Assembly: GCA_002633005.1 (NCBI GenBank)
Contig: NMRA01000292.1
Coordinates: forward strand, 1-64,000
Direction of reading: 5' to 3'
Source of the DNA: Phoronis australis
Taxonomy: Eukaryota; Animalia; Phoronida
DNA: 64,000 nucleotides
Made by a program: the position numbers and the translations under genes. Every line of letters begins with the position of its first letter. The first letter of the stretch is position 1. Below, piece by piece: positions 25,713 to 39,093 of this stretch. The notes beneath the pieces are model-generated. The model had not been told where the DNA came from. It saw nothing but the letters and a program-made list of their open reading frames with translations, and did no database searches.

Positions 25713-27563
25713 TTGGTACAACGTGTACAATGTGTACCAGACTGCCTGCAATTATTTTTTTTTAGCAAATCAGAATACGATTGGTGGTTTTTGCCAGCAG
25801 TTATGTATGTGTCTCTTCACCACAAGTATTGCTAAGAAATTGATGTTAAAGCACATTCACATTCTGCAACTAATTGATAATGCAACAATTACAAACATGT
25901 TCTTTCCTCTGTACATGTTTGTCGTTTGAAGTTAGCAGTTTGGCGAAAATAGTGCTACCGAAAACTCCAGCAGTTTGGGGTAAGCTCAATCAAAAGCAAA
26001 AGTGATCTGAATCGACTATTCATTCCAACTAGAATTTTTCTTTATTAGTCTACATAAGTTCAAAAGATAAAAATGTTTGCAGTCCAAGTTTGGATGTGTG
26101 CAGAGGTGTGTCCCCCAACGCAAGACTCTGAGACATTTTGCCGTCACAAATCATCACTTACAGAATAAACTTCAAGTATGGGGGCAAAATACTTGTCGAG
26201 TGTGGTGCAAATCAAATCAAATCAAATTCCCTTAGGATATTTAGGAAACCGGCAGTTTCGTGGAGTAGATAAGAACTGATTGCCACAAATGGGATTAAGT
26301 AGTTCCCTGAAGTTGTTTTGAGTAAACCGAGTCCAGAAATTTGGCCTCTACTATTGTCTACTATGATAAAGAAGTGCCACCATTTTCAGAGCACATACTT
26401 GTTGACTCATGAATTTCTGGCGCGAATCCAGGTACCCTTCAGACAAGCGGAAATTGTCAAAAATCTGGTTGGTAATGATATATTTTAACCTGAATTTCTG
26501 GAATCTAGAGCAAAAGAGCATTTGGATGATGATCTCCTTTCTTGCACCAGAGCAGTAGTGAATTTGTGACTTTAGGTAAAATATGGCCAAAATCACACTT
26601 TTTCATCATATTTGACATATCGCATTTTTTTTTCACGGTGGATGTAGCATGATGCCCTTTTTCAGGTGTCCGAGATAGCTGTGCAAACAAGGACTTTGAC
26701 TAAACCACGACAGTGATAAGGTCCAAATCAGCCACTGGTACTGTAGTCTTAGTCCTTTGATAAGTACGACACTAAATTCTACACTTTCAATGTATGCACT
26801 TCCAACCCTCTTTAAATGTTGGTTTACTGACTACAGCTATGCTAGGGTTCTCGAACTTTCTTGGAAAAAGTCTTTGCACTCGAGTGATTTTGTGTGTTCT
26901 TGTGTGGATATATGGCACGATATAGGGTAAAATGTAAAAACAAAATATTATTACCCTTTAAAAGAGAAAAGCACCGTTCATCGGCTCTTCTTACTGGTTT
27001 CAAAAAGGGAACTTTGAAATTTTTATAAGTGTCAAGAGAAGCACTGTTTATCGGCCATTGTTGTTGACATCAATAAAAGAACAACTTCTGGAAAGGCCAG
27101 AGTTACTGAACGAATAATAAAGTGTAAGCATTGGCCGTGAACCTGATAAGCCAACCTGGGCAAGCGTATAATCTGAAGGCGAAATTAGTGCCCTGAAGCT
27201 GTCGTGAGTGCTTTTTACCCACCTCTCTCTGCTGACTGAGAAACGGACGTATCAGTGGGTGGCGACATGTGCATGGAATTGAACTTTTGCAGGTTTGTGT
27301 AGTGGAATAAATTGTTATGATTTAAATGGTCAAGTAGGAAATAGTGCAAACAGAAATTTGACAATAAATTAGAGAGAAAATGCGGTTGGGGACACATTCA
27401 TATATTTTTGGAATGAGCACAATAAAAGAAATCGAATGATACCAAAATCATGTGTGTAGGTCAATGTCATCATATTGTACACAATTACCGAAATCCCAAA
27501 TTTAAAACTTGGCGAAATGACATTTTATCTTTGAACTTTCAAGCGACGCAACTTACCTGAGCC

Positions 27564-28111
27564 TAGACAGTGACCACTGTCTCTATCTGGCCCAGTGGAA
27601 GGTTTTGGGCGAATTATGCCTCACACTGATTAAAACATCAAAGTTACGTTGTTATAAATACCTTTAATACATAGAGGGACACCTTTGGAGGCCATTGATG
27701 TACTTAATTCCTTCCAACTTGAAGAAATACTCCCAGTATCTCGCCATTTTTAACAATGCGCGCGGTGTGCACAGTGTAAAAGTGGCCAGTTACCAATTTT
27801 GGGAACTGAACGAGGGACTGCTCTAAGCAAAAGTTTGATAACGGGAGTATTTCTTCAAGTTGGAAGAAATTAAATACATAACTGTTTGAATTAATTATAC
27901 TTGTCACTAAATAAATATATACAAACAAAGGCCTCCTAAGGTGTCCCTCTATGTGCAAAAGGTATTAATAACAACGTGACTTTGATGTTTTAGTCAGTTT
28001 GAGACATAATTTGCCAAAAAAACTCCCGGCGTACAAAGCTCCTGTAGTCCTACTCCTATAGGAGCTCCACAGTCTCTCCTGGGCCAGCAAGAGACCGTGA
28101 TCACTTGCCTG
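27564..28111. mobile_element. Diverged long-TIR foldback element, same family as 61816-62715
   Basis: Arms share AATTATGCCTC...CATCAAAGT(T/C)ACGTTGTTA...CATAGAGG...TTCCAACT(T/C)GAA...ATACTCCC with the 61816 element, and are inverted relative to each other. Confidence 0.85.
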
Positions 28112-28464
28112 CTGAAAATTAGTATTATTGTGCACATACCTTCACAATACTTCCGTTTCTTCCCAGTGCAATACAGTAGTTTCACAAAATCAATGTCGGT
28201 GTAATTCATGCAGAGCAAGGGTGAATATTGCATGCCCTTGGTTGCAACTGGATAGGAAGGGCCAAGCCCAAGGCCAATGCCAAGGCAATGACCAATGTCA
28301 CAATGTCAATGTCAATGAGGAAATACCCGGCAGCGGCAGATATTCATTCATGATTGCCATTGTCAGGAGCACATCAATCCCCATGGGTAAAAACATACGA
28401 AGCATATTGGATTAAATAACACGAGACTGTTGTAAAACTATTCTAAGTTGCGTACAAAACTTAC

Positions 28465-28515
28465 AGTGGAGGTTGAAAGCGGAATTCGCTGACACTGACA
28501 TCCGCCATTTTTGTT
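28465..28515 (-). other. Probable first (5' UTR) exon of the SH2B gene, containing a short uORF
   Basis: Minus strand AAAAATGGCGG (YY1-like motif / strong ATG context) followed 44 nt after the ATG by a GTAAGT donor at 28464. The main SH2B ATG lies just downstream of an acceptor at 23021, so an upstream exon is required. Confidence 0.55.
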
Positions 28516-28571
28516 GGACGGAAAATATAGTTGCGCCTCATATCGGATGTAACTGTAATCAAAGTGTATGC

Positions 28572-28826
28572 TGTGCGTGAACTTAGAATCCTACTTATCT
28601 TAAAATCGTGAATTTGGAATACACCATGAAACTCGGCAAAATAATAAAAAGTGTAAATTTTAACCAACCTCTTTTCAAATATTGGCGATTTTATTCACTA
28701 AAATAACTTCTGGATATACGACACAAGGTCAATAATTATAGCAATTCTTTAAGCCTGATTTCCTTCAAGTTAATGGCTATTCAAGTCCGAGCTTGAGATA
28801 TAAGCAGGATTCCAAGTTCACGCACA
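28572..28826. mobile_element. ~255-bp element with ~28-bp terminal inverted repeats in the SH2B/CENPV promoter region
   Basis: TGTGCGTGAACTTAGAATCCTACTTATCT ... AGATATAAGCAGGATTCCAAGTTCACGCACA; homologous to 61174-61482. Confidence 0.75.
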
Positions 28827-30113
28827 TGTTTTACCTACAGGAGGCCTTCAGAACTCGGGACAGGCCCCCGGGGGAGTGACCGACCGTCGTTTCTCAACCC
28901 AAAGTTCATCGTTGGTGCCGATCCACACGTCTACGCTTTACATACGGTTTTGTTTGTTTCACCTAAACTCACCCATTCTTCTAATGCTACATGTATTAGA
29001 GTGCTGACAGCGCCCACTAGTTCACAACACCGAGAATAACACCGCTTTCCACGTAATTTGATGCCAAACGTGCCGTATTTTCGTCAGTATGGGCCATAGG
29101 TGAACATGAAAAAGTTATCACTGCGATTAGCTTGCATATATTCATGAATGTGCATACCATTGCACAGGAAGATAGTATATATGTATAATAAATTTCGTAG
29201 AAAGTGCAAAGACCTTGACTAGATGAGTAGCAGCCGACAAAATGGTGGACATGTCGGTGCTGACCTCTATTGTGCGTATCAGAGAACTTCAGCATGTAAG
29301 ATATTTTTTTAAACTGTCATATTTACACTAGACTTATTTCTGGTGAACAGTGAAAGTATACGCAGTACTTCAAAGGACAGCATAGGAGTTCCGGCCAGTC
29401 TTGGTCTTAGTTCGTGTGCACTAATGCCGATTAGGCCTATTTGTCAACATCAACTAGTTTCAGACATTACAAAGCTCTAATCTCTCGTTTAGTTTTAACG
29501 CCAGGGGAGGCAATCATGTTTTAGGGTGGGTTGGCAAACCTGAGGCAATTTATATGAAAAATTGCGATCCTACGTGCGACCACGTTAATACCAAAATTTA
29601 GAATTGTACCCCATTTATAGCTCATTTGCAAAAAAATGAACCTAATTCTCGCTGAATTCGCCGACCATTTGAAATCACTCAGTATTCATACCGTGCAAAG
29701 TATTATCCGAGTTCAAAAACCTATATCAATAAAAAATTTTGAGTCTCCCGCCTCATTTTGACAACCATTTCTGAACTGGCACATCAAATTTACGGTTAAA
29801 TAAAAATGGTGAAAAGGCGATTCAAATTTATAGGTCTGCGAGAAAACAAAATGCACCACAGCGGCAGCAGTANTTTGCTTTCAGGCTGCCACCATGTCAC
29901 CAGTTAAAATTTTATGCCTTCCCAAGGAGTGTCACTTTCACATTGCTTCTTTTTCTTGGGTGCTGCATATTTCCTGTAAGGTTTGTGTCCCCCTTCCCCT
30001 TTTGGGCACCCTGGTACCCTCAAAAGTTTGGACTGAGTCAAATTTGAAAGCTCCTTTCAAAGTCTGCTGAATATGCAAGCATGTCATCGCTTTTATTGAA
30101 TTGCCGGCATGGC

Positions 30114-33100
30114 AACTTTAGGGAAAGACCTCTAGTGATATTGACCTAAGCAATATTAAAATAACCTCCCACTAAGAACCAATATCCAATCTGGGACATA
30201 GGGAGAATGAATCTGTTTTTGGCTGATTCCTGATTTTATCTTTCAAGATTGATTCCAATGGTTGCATCGTGGTGACTGAGCGATGACATTACGGCGTTTT
30301 CCCGTAGCTCCCAACTTGTTCGATTCTATAGCCTCAACAACAAGCTGGAAAGTTTACCCCTGTAGCCAATATCTTATATGACTGATTAACTCTATTCTGG
30401 CATTTATGGTTGGAGGGCCAGCTCTCTTTTGTTCGATAATTGCTCTAATCTCCTTTAAGATTGTACCCTGACTGGGCTGTGCTGTTAAAAATAAAAGTTA
30501 AGTTATAACATATTTGAACATAAACCAATAGCATTTCTGAAATCTTCGTCAAATGGTGATCATGTTTAATTTTTAAATCGCCAAAATCCCTCAACTGCAA
30601 CCTGAGTTACCACAATCTATTCTTTCCGAATACACCAATTCACTCTGAGTTTGACTGTGTTCACAGGAGGTCTGTAATAAGCCTGGTAGTTAAGTGGCGT
30701 GCTTGTTGTGATAACTGACAAGAGAGTGTGCTTGGCAGTTAACAAAGAAGAGCTAGATGTTATCACATGCTCAGAACCCCCTACATCTGGTAAAGTCACT
30801 GAACGGGAAAACGCTGTCATGATTGGTCTAAATCATCAAGACAGGGTTTAGTATCCTTTTAATGCAACTCGTCTAATAATTCAATAATTTTTTCTTTCGA
30901 AGTTGCTAAATGCACTTTAGACGAATGCAAAAACAACTTTGTCATTTGTGAAAGTGCAATTTTAAATTTAATGCTGGACAGCCACAACAAAAGTAGATAT
31001 CTCAGAGGTATATTAAGTGAGGGATCGGACTTAAAATGTTATGTGCTGATGACAGCCAAGGCTGATTGTTACCGACCTTAGAGAGCAAAACTTGGTTCGT
31101 CTCGTCTCGGGAGAAAACTTGGCACTGCTTTAGGCTATCTGCTGGGTAAAAATGTTCCTAACCAAAGTTTTGCAAGGAATTCAGTTTCAGAAGAGCCAAA
31201 CAGATTGAAGAAGTCACCTGAGGTTTAGTCCACAATCTCAATTTATTGTTGTTAGTGTTTTATTGACGTGAAGCCATTGGTAATTCGGTAATTGACCCAC
31301 TCCACACAATTAGGACCTTAGATCAGATTCCCAGATAAAGAGCTTCTTAATCTTAACAAACGAATAAATCACGAAAGAATCCTATGTTGGCACCCACCCC
31401 GCCAAGCTGTTGTGTTTAATTAAATCGCCTCAGGCTGCTGATGTTATTGTTCTCTAGATGTTGAGACCCATCATAAACGCATTAGGGGCGATAATAGTAC
31501 TGTAAATTTTTGTTTTGAAAGTTTGTAAATAGCATATTTGAACAGTTTGTGAAAAGCACGTGATTAGGTTTTTAAATTTTGAAAGTTGGACAAGAAATGC
31601 GACTTTTACAATCTAAAAGGTTTGTTAATGTTGCAATCTTAGGTTCCTCATTAATTCTGCTGGGTGTGCAATATAATTGGGTAAATTACCAAACCACTGG
31701 GCAGCAGTTGGATTTTGAGGTAAGCTAAGTGTCACCGTGCTATTTTGACATGTTCTACAAATCTATTGATGAAGTACACAATANAACTTTAGGGAAAGAC
31801 CTCTAGTGATATTGACCTAAGCAATATTAAAACAACCTCCCACTAAGAACCAATATCCAATCTGGGGCATAGGGAGAATGAATCTGTTTTTGGCTGATTC
31901 CTGATTTTATCTTTCAAGATTGATTCCAATGCATCATGGTGACTGAGCGATGACATTACGGCGTTTTCCCGTAGCTCCCAACTTGTTCGATTCTATAGCC
32001 TCAACAACATGCTGGAAAGTTTACCCCTGTAGCCAATATCTTATATGACTGATTAACTCTATTCTGGCATTTATGGTTGGAGGGCCAGCTCTCTTTTGTT
32101 CGATAATTGCTATAATCTCCTCTAAGATTGTATCTACCCTGACTGGGCTGTGCTGTTAAAAATAAAAGTTAAGTTATAACATATTTGAACATAAACCAAT
32201 AGCATTTCTGAAATCTTCGTCAAATGGTGATCATGTTTAATTTTTAAATCGCCAAAATCCCTCAACTGCAACCTAAGTTACCACAATCTATTCCTTCCGA
32301 ATACACCAATTCACTCTGAGTTTGACTGTGTTCACACATGGTCTGTAATAAGCCTGGTAGTTAAGTGGCCTGCTTGTTGTGATAACTGACAAAAGAGTGT
32401 GCTTGGCAGTTAACAAAGAAGAGCTAGATGTTATCACATGCTCAGAACCCCCTACGTCTGGTAAAGTCACTGAACGGGAAAACGCTGTCATGATTGGTCT
32501 AAATCATCAAGACAGGGTTTAGTATCCTTTTAATGCAATTCGTCTAATAATTCAATAATTTTTTCTTTCAAAGTTGCTAAATGCACTTTAGACGAATGCA
32601 AAAACAACTTTGTCATTTGTGAAAGTGCAAATTTTAAATTTAATGCTGGACAGCCACAACAAAAGTAGATATCTCAGAGGTATATTAAGTGAGGGATCGG
32701 ACTTAAAATGTTATGTGCTGGTGACAGCCAAGGCTGATTGTTACCGACCTTAGAGAGCAAAACTTGGTTCGTCTCGTCTCGGGAGAAAACTTGGCACTGC
32801 TTTAGGCTATCTGCTGGGTAAAAATGTTCCTAACCAAAGTTTTGCAAGGAATTCAGTTTCAGAAGAGCCAAACAGATTGAAGAAGTCACCTGAGGTTTAG
32901 TCCACAATCTCAATTTATTGTTGTTAGTGTTTTATTGACGTGAAGCCATTGGTAATTCGGTAATTGACCCACTCCACACAATTAGGACCTTAGATCAGAT
33001 TCCCAGATAAAGAGCTTCTTAATCTTAACAAACGAATAAATCATGAAAGAATCCTATGTTGGCACCCACCCCGCCAAGCTGTTGTGTTTAATTAAATAGC

Positions 33101-33461
33101 CTCAGGCTGCTGATGTTATTGTTCTCTAGACGTTGAGACCCATCATAAACGCATTAGGGGCGATAATAGTACTGTAAATTTTTGTTTTGAAAGTTTGTAC
33201 CGGTAAATAGCATATTTGAACAGTTTGTGAAAAGCACGTGATTAGGTTTTTAAATTTTGAAAGTTGGACAAGAAATGTGACTTTTACAATCTAAAAGGTT
33301 TGTTAATGTTGCAATCTTAGGTTCCTCATTAATTCTGCTGGGTGTGCAATATAATTGGGTAAATTACCAAACCACTGGGCAGCAGTTGGATTTTGAGGTA
33401 AGCTAAGTGTCACCGTGCTATTTTGACATGTTCTACAAATCTATTGATGAAGTACACAATA
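30114..33461 (+). repeat. 1.67-kb near-identical tandem copy across a single N (probable uncollapsed haplotypes)
   Basis: 30114-31783 and 31785-33461 differ only by scattered SNPs and small indels; junction N at 31784. Confidence 0.85.
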
Positions 33462-34393
33462 TTGTAAAACGGGCTGAGTTTCTTATTTCAGGCTCCCAAA
33501 TTTGGTCCAAAAAATTGAATTGTCCCTGCATGGGTTTTCTTTAAAATGTAGATTGCCAACGTTTATGCTGTTCTTTGCAATCGCTGAATGCCACCCATTC
33601 CAAGTATCCTTGACCTCTTTTTTGCATCTTTTTTGCTATTAATTTTGTGACTCACATTTTAGCAAACTGTTTTTTTCTCAATATCTGAAATGTATACAAC
33701 CTGTTGGGAATTTGTACACGGCAACACAGCAACAACAAGGCATTGCGTAGATGTACTTTGATAACAATTCCATCTTTTTTTACATGCAGACAGTGACACA
33801 TGCAAAATTCAATCACTAGCAACGACAACGCGAGAAAAATCCATCAAATGGCCCCATTTTTTGATTTTTGAAATTGTTTTTAGTAGCAGAAAACAGAAGG
33901 TAGGGGCACATGCTCTTTGGCCTAAATATATGCATAGCATTAGGTGCGACATCAATTACCCATACAAAATTGAGTGCTTCTTACTGGTTGGGATTTTTCT
34001 ATAAAAAATTGAATCTGACACCAGTCTTTGAATGACAAAAGCCAGCAGTGTACCTGCTGCTCCTTTGCTGAATAGGTCTGGCCTTACCTCTGTAGGTTTA
34101 TGGGCCATAATAATAATCCGACTACAGGCTTGTGTACCCAACTCGGCAATGCTTATTTAGCTGTTCTTAATCCCCTCAAAGAGTCTGGTCAGTTTTGAAT
34201 AGTACGGTTTTTCAGTTAAGTAGTAATGCTACTCATGCAGTTAATACCAACAAAGTATTAATTTTGTTGTTTTTTTGTTTTAGGATTCTGGCACAGAGCA
34301 GGATTTTCCAATCGCAATCTTGGACTGTCAAAACACTCGGGCTGATGCTTCAACATATACGCTATACCTGCTCAGGGAAAATCTTCAGTAAAG

Positions 34394-37300
34394 ATGTCGG
34401 CGGAACAATGTGGTAACATGATGACATATTCTGGAGGGTGTCACTGCGGGGCTGTCAGATTTCAAGTAAAAGCTGCACCTGTATTAAAGGTCATAGACTG
34501 CAAGTAATGCCTTGATCCTTTTTAAATATATGTTGTCTCCGCTCATGTATAAGCACTCCCCTGAGTCCACATCCCACCTTTGGGTTATTCTCTTGTATAA
34601 CACCACCAAGTACTCGTTTATAAACTCACCCTGAAATTCTCTCGTGCAGAAGCCTTCTTGCTGAGGTACATTTTACAACAGATTGACTTGTGTCGTAAGC
34701 TTTGGTCTGAATTTTATGCCTGTTTTGTACCTTTGCATTAGAAATTCATCCTGTTTCATGATATCTTGTACATCATGAGTAGATTTGTACAAGAACCATG
34801 AGCGCCATCAGTTCTCGATATCTCAAACACTAATCTAAGTTTCTTTTGTTACAACAGAGCAATTACCACGTTAGCGATGACTTCACAGCAACATAAGGAC
34901 TAGGTTTGCATCTGGCTTTGGAAACTACTCTCGAAGTTGAGACTAAATAAGAGATATGATTCTATAAATAAATGTATTAAATGTTTTATCCATTGTTGAA
35001 TCATCAACCCTTGCCATTTCTGTTGTAGTTGCTCGATTTGCAAAAAGAAGCAAAACAAGCACTTCATAGTTCCTCTCTGTGATTTCCAACTTCTTCAGGT
35101 ATGTTCAGGATACCAGTACCTTTTTTACTTGTAAAATTGGCTGATGGAAAGGGATTAAATCACACCCCTTACAACTACTCTAAATTGTGTGGTCAATGTA
35201 GCGGTGACCTGTTTACACTTTGTCTAACACATTGTTCAAAGTTCAAAGAAATTAACTTTGAAGTCTGAACTTCATGCCACAGTATTTGTAAATCATACTG
35301 TAGATTAGTGTATTAAACTTGTGTTTTTCAAAACAGAGCTTAGGTGGTGAGTTTCCACTTATAACTAAGTGACAATAGTTATAGCTAACGTGACAGAATT
35401 GTACAACAGGTGGTGACACATTTCCATTCCTGTAGTTTCTTAAAAAACTCCGTCTGGTAAAATCTCACCAAGTCCAATTTTATTTTCTAATCTTTCATAA
35501 AGATATGTAGCATACATTTAACACTTTCAAGTTCTGTAAACTGTCCCTCAATCATGTGATACGGTGTTGCCCTGAAGAGGAGGATATTTTTTAAACTTTG
35601 CACTAAAATGAGTCATTCAATCTCCATCTTGGTAATCCAACCATATGAAGTGGTTTTATCCAAGAAGAAATGCGAAGTCTGACTTATCAGACGGGCTGAA
35701 TGCACAAATCATACTGCAGAGTTTCGTCGAGTTAAACCAAGATGACTCGTGTATGTCAGATTTGTGTGCACTTTGCTGTATTTAAATGCCATAATAAAAA
35801 TAATTTGTTTTTGTTTCAACAGGGTGAAGATCAACTTACTACGTATACTTTTAACAGTCATATTGCGAAACACCAATTCTGTCGTGTATGCGGTGTTCAG
35901 AGTTTTTATCGGCCACGTTCAAATCCGGACGGTTACGGTAAGTTCCAAAATAACAGAAAGGTCCCGTATTAAAATACGACACTTGAATTTCCCGTTATTT
36001 ACCCATAGTGATGCAACATCCATCAAGCAGTTCTCTGGTCCCGTTTTCATGCCATTGGAGTTTTTAATGTTATTTTTGATGCCTTGCTTTTTTCAAGTTT
36101 TTCTTGACTGCATTAATCGACCTTCCAATGGCAGCAAATTTTAACTGCTGTGCTTTGGGCTGTATCTCACATGGCAGAAAGTTGGAAAACTTTTTAAGAA
36201 GTATGTGTGATATTTCCAACACAATTCCTTGAATCAGCCCAGCATTTCTAAAATGAGGCCAATGTAACGATGCATTTTCCTATCTCCCGGACAAAGGAAA
36301 TTTCTCTCCAAGACCTTCCATTTGACACAGTCTATTTAGATTACTGGCACTCCGGCATTTGGACATTCCCTTGTTTGTCTTTGTTATAAATCTGAGTTTA
36401 AGTAGTATCAAACAGTACAGCATCGAGCAGTGGTTTGGACTGCAGACTCTTTCTCTTTAATATACATCGAAAGCAACCATTTTGATGTTACAGTTTGTCA
36501 AGATGCAGATCCCTGGTTATCTTGTAGACATTTTTGCCTGTTTGATTATGTAGGGTCGTAGAAAATTTTCCAAATTTGGCCTACTTCAGAGCATCAAATC
36601 TCAGAAATGGCAGATCAGATTCAAATGAAACATTCAGATGCAATGCCTTATGCGCTGTTCTCAAAAACTCTATTCAGAATTGTTTTTGGAATGTTCCACA
36701 TTTTGCGTGAAGGGTTATCAAAAATAGAACCTATATGATTTTCATGACAAAACACATAAGGTGGATGAAATGAAAATGAAATGAGAATTCAGAAAACTGC
36801 AACAGCATTTTTATGCGCCCACATATTTATATGTGGATGCATTATGCCGTCATCTCCGTCTGTTCGTCCGTCCGTCTGGGCGGGGTCCGGCGTCTGGCGT
36901 TTGGCGTCCGCTGCTCTATCTCCAAAACCCTTTGACATGCGTTCATGAAATTTGGCACATATGTTCCATTCATGAATGGGACGGTATGTGCGAACTTTCG
37001 GACAGATTCAACTACCGGTGTGCCCCTAGTGGCAATTTTAGTTTTTTACGCTTACCTTTGTATCTTCAAAAGTCCTAAACGGATTTTCATGAAATTTGAT
37101 TTGTAGGCACCTATTAGTGAAATGACGCTATCCTCTCGTTTTCAGATGGATTTGACATAGTTTGCGCCACCTAGTGGCCATTTTTAGTGTTTTGTGCGTC
37201 CACCCCTCTATCAACCAAACCGCTCAAAGGATGATTGTGAAAATTGGCATGTTTTTGCTTACTATGTAGAAGACGGTTGACGATGATTTTCCGACGATTT

Positions 37301-39093
37301 CGACTACTGTGGCGCCACCTAGTGGCAGTTTTGTTTTTTTTTGCGCCTATGGCTGTATCTCCTAAAGCGTTCGCAGGATCTTTACGAAATTGTGTAAGTA
37401 TATTTATATGATGTTAACAACGGAAGACGACGACTTTTGGCGGATCCGACTACCGGTGTGCCCCCAGTGGCAATTTTAATTTTTTACGCTTACCTTTGTA
37501 TCTTCAAAAGTCCTGAACGGATTTTCATGAAATTTGGTATGTAGACACCTATTAGTGAGATGACGCTATCCTCCTGTTTTCAGATGGATTCGACATAGTT
37601 TGCGCCACCTAGTGGCCATTTTTACTGTTTTCGAGTCTGTATTTTTGCGTCCACCCCTCTATCAACCAAACCGCTCAAAGGATGATTGTGAAAATTGGCA
37701 TGTATGTGCTTACTATAAAGAAGACAGCTGACAATGATTTTCAGACGATTTGGACTACTGTGGCGCCTCCTAGTGGCAGTTTTTTTTTTTTTGCGCCTAT
37801 GGCTGTATCTCCTAAACCGTTCGCAGGATCTTTACGAAATTTAATAAGTGTATTTATATGATGTTAACAACAGACGATGACGACTTTTGGACGGATCCGC
37901 CTACCAGTGTGCCCCCTAGTGGCAATTTTATTTTTTTACGTTTACCTCTGTATCTTCACAAGTCCTTAACGGATTTTCATGAAATTTGGTATGTAGGCAC
38001 CTATTAGTGCGATGACGCTATCCTCCCGTTTTCGGATGGATTCGACCTAGTTTGCGACACCCAGTGGCCATTTTTACTGTTTTTGAGTCTGTTTTTTGGC
38101 GTCCACCCCTCTATCAACCAAACCGCTCTAAGTATGATTGTGAAAATTGGCATGTATGTTCTTACTATGAAGAGGACGGTTGACGCTGAATTTCCCATGA
38201 CTTTGATTACTGTGGCGCCTCCTAGTGGCTGTTTTTTTTGCGCCCATGGCTGTATCTCCCAAACCGTTTGCAGGATCTTTACTAAATTTAGCAAGTGTAT
38301 TTATGTGATGTTGACAACGGACGATGACGACTTTAGGATGATTCTGACTACCGGTATGCCTCTAGTGGCAATTTTAGTATTTTACATTGACCTCTGTATT
38401 TTCATAGGTCTTCAGGTGTATACTTTGTGTTACTTCGTGACTATGAAGGAAAAGTTCCAAGTAGAAATTTGTTTCTGGCATTCTAATGCTGTGCTAATCT
38501 TGTATGTTGGTAAATTTGTTTTTAATTCTATGTTTCTGTTGTGCTTTAAGCAACTGATGTATAGGATGTGCTTGTATTATGAAGATCACTCACATTTTGC
38601 CCCTAGCCTATTGAGGAGACAATGACCATGCCTTTCCATTTTGCAAAGTACAAAATACTACATATATGCCCTCTACTGGCCACTTCATGGTACCAATAAA
38701 CAACCCTAGAAGGATACCGTATATGGTGCAATTGTGGGCGCATTTCAACGCTCTGCATTGCTCTTGTTTATCTTTCATTTTGAACATTCACATTGAATAA
38801 AATTTTGCCATTTTATTGATACTGTTGTTTAACTATAAATTTTCCTTTCGTTTTTGCTGAATTGCATTCAAATAGGTCAACACATTGCTTTACCTCAGCC
38901 CATTCAACCTAACATTGCCCTCTGCATCAGTCCATATTTGCATATTATCTTGCCATTGTATTTCAATTCAGGTGTCATGCCCCATTGCTTGGACGGCAAT
39001 GTGACAGTCGAGGAAGAAACCTTTGATGGAGAGCACTGGGAGACATCCGTAGCAAATCACAGAGATTTGAAAGAAAGATCCAAACCAAAGTAG
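34394..39093 (+). CDS. CENPV: Centromere protein V / GFA-family zinc protein, 4 coding exons, 138 aa
   Basis: Exons 34394-34503, 35029-35098, 35823-35937, 38972-39093; GT-AG, in frame, 417 nt. Motifs [75 protein letters not shown]. In-frame TGA upstream of the ATG; AATAAA at 39328. Confidence 0.93.
36808..38768 (+). mobile_element. Helentron-associated (HINE/DINE-1-like) element with an internal ~445-bp tandem array, in CENPV intron 3
   Basis: 5' TTTTTATGCGCCCAC, then a (GTCC/GTCT)n microsatellite. Units restart at ~37010, ~37448, ~37900 and ~38346 (CTACCGGTGTGCCCC...AGTGGCAATTTTA). 3' subterminal inverted copy GTGGGCGCAT followed by TTCAACGCTCTGCATTGCTCTTGTT. Confidence 0.8.

Noticed and set aside
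28258-28320. Short CAA(G/T)G(C/T)C-type repeats giving a QGQCQGNDQC peptide
   Set aside because: Degenerate microsatellite in a probable intron; no coding support.
30114-33461. 1.67-kb tandem duplication with a repeated 67-aa ORF
   Set aside because: Single-N junction, near identity and no recognisable protein; probable assembly artefact.
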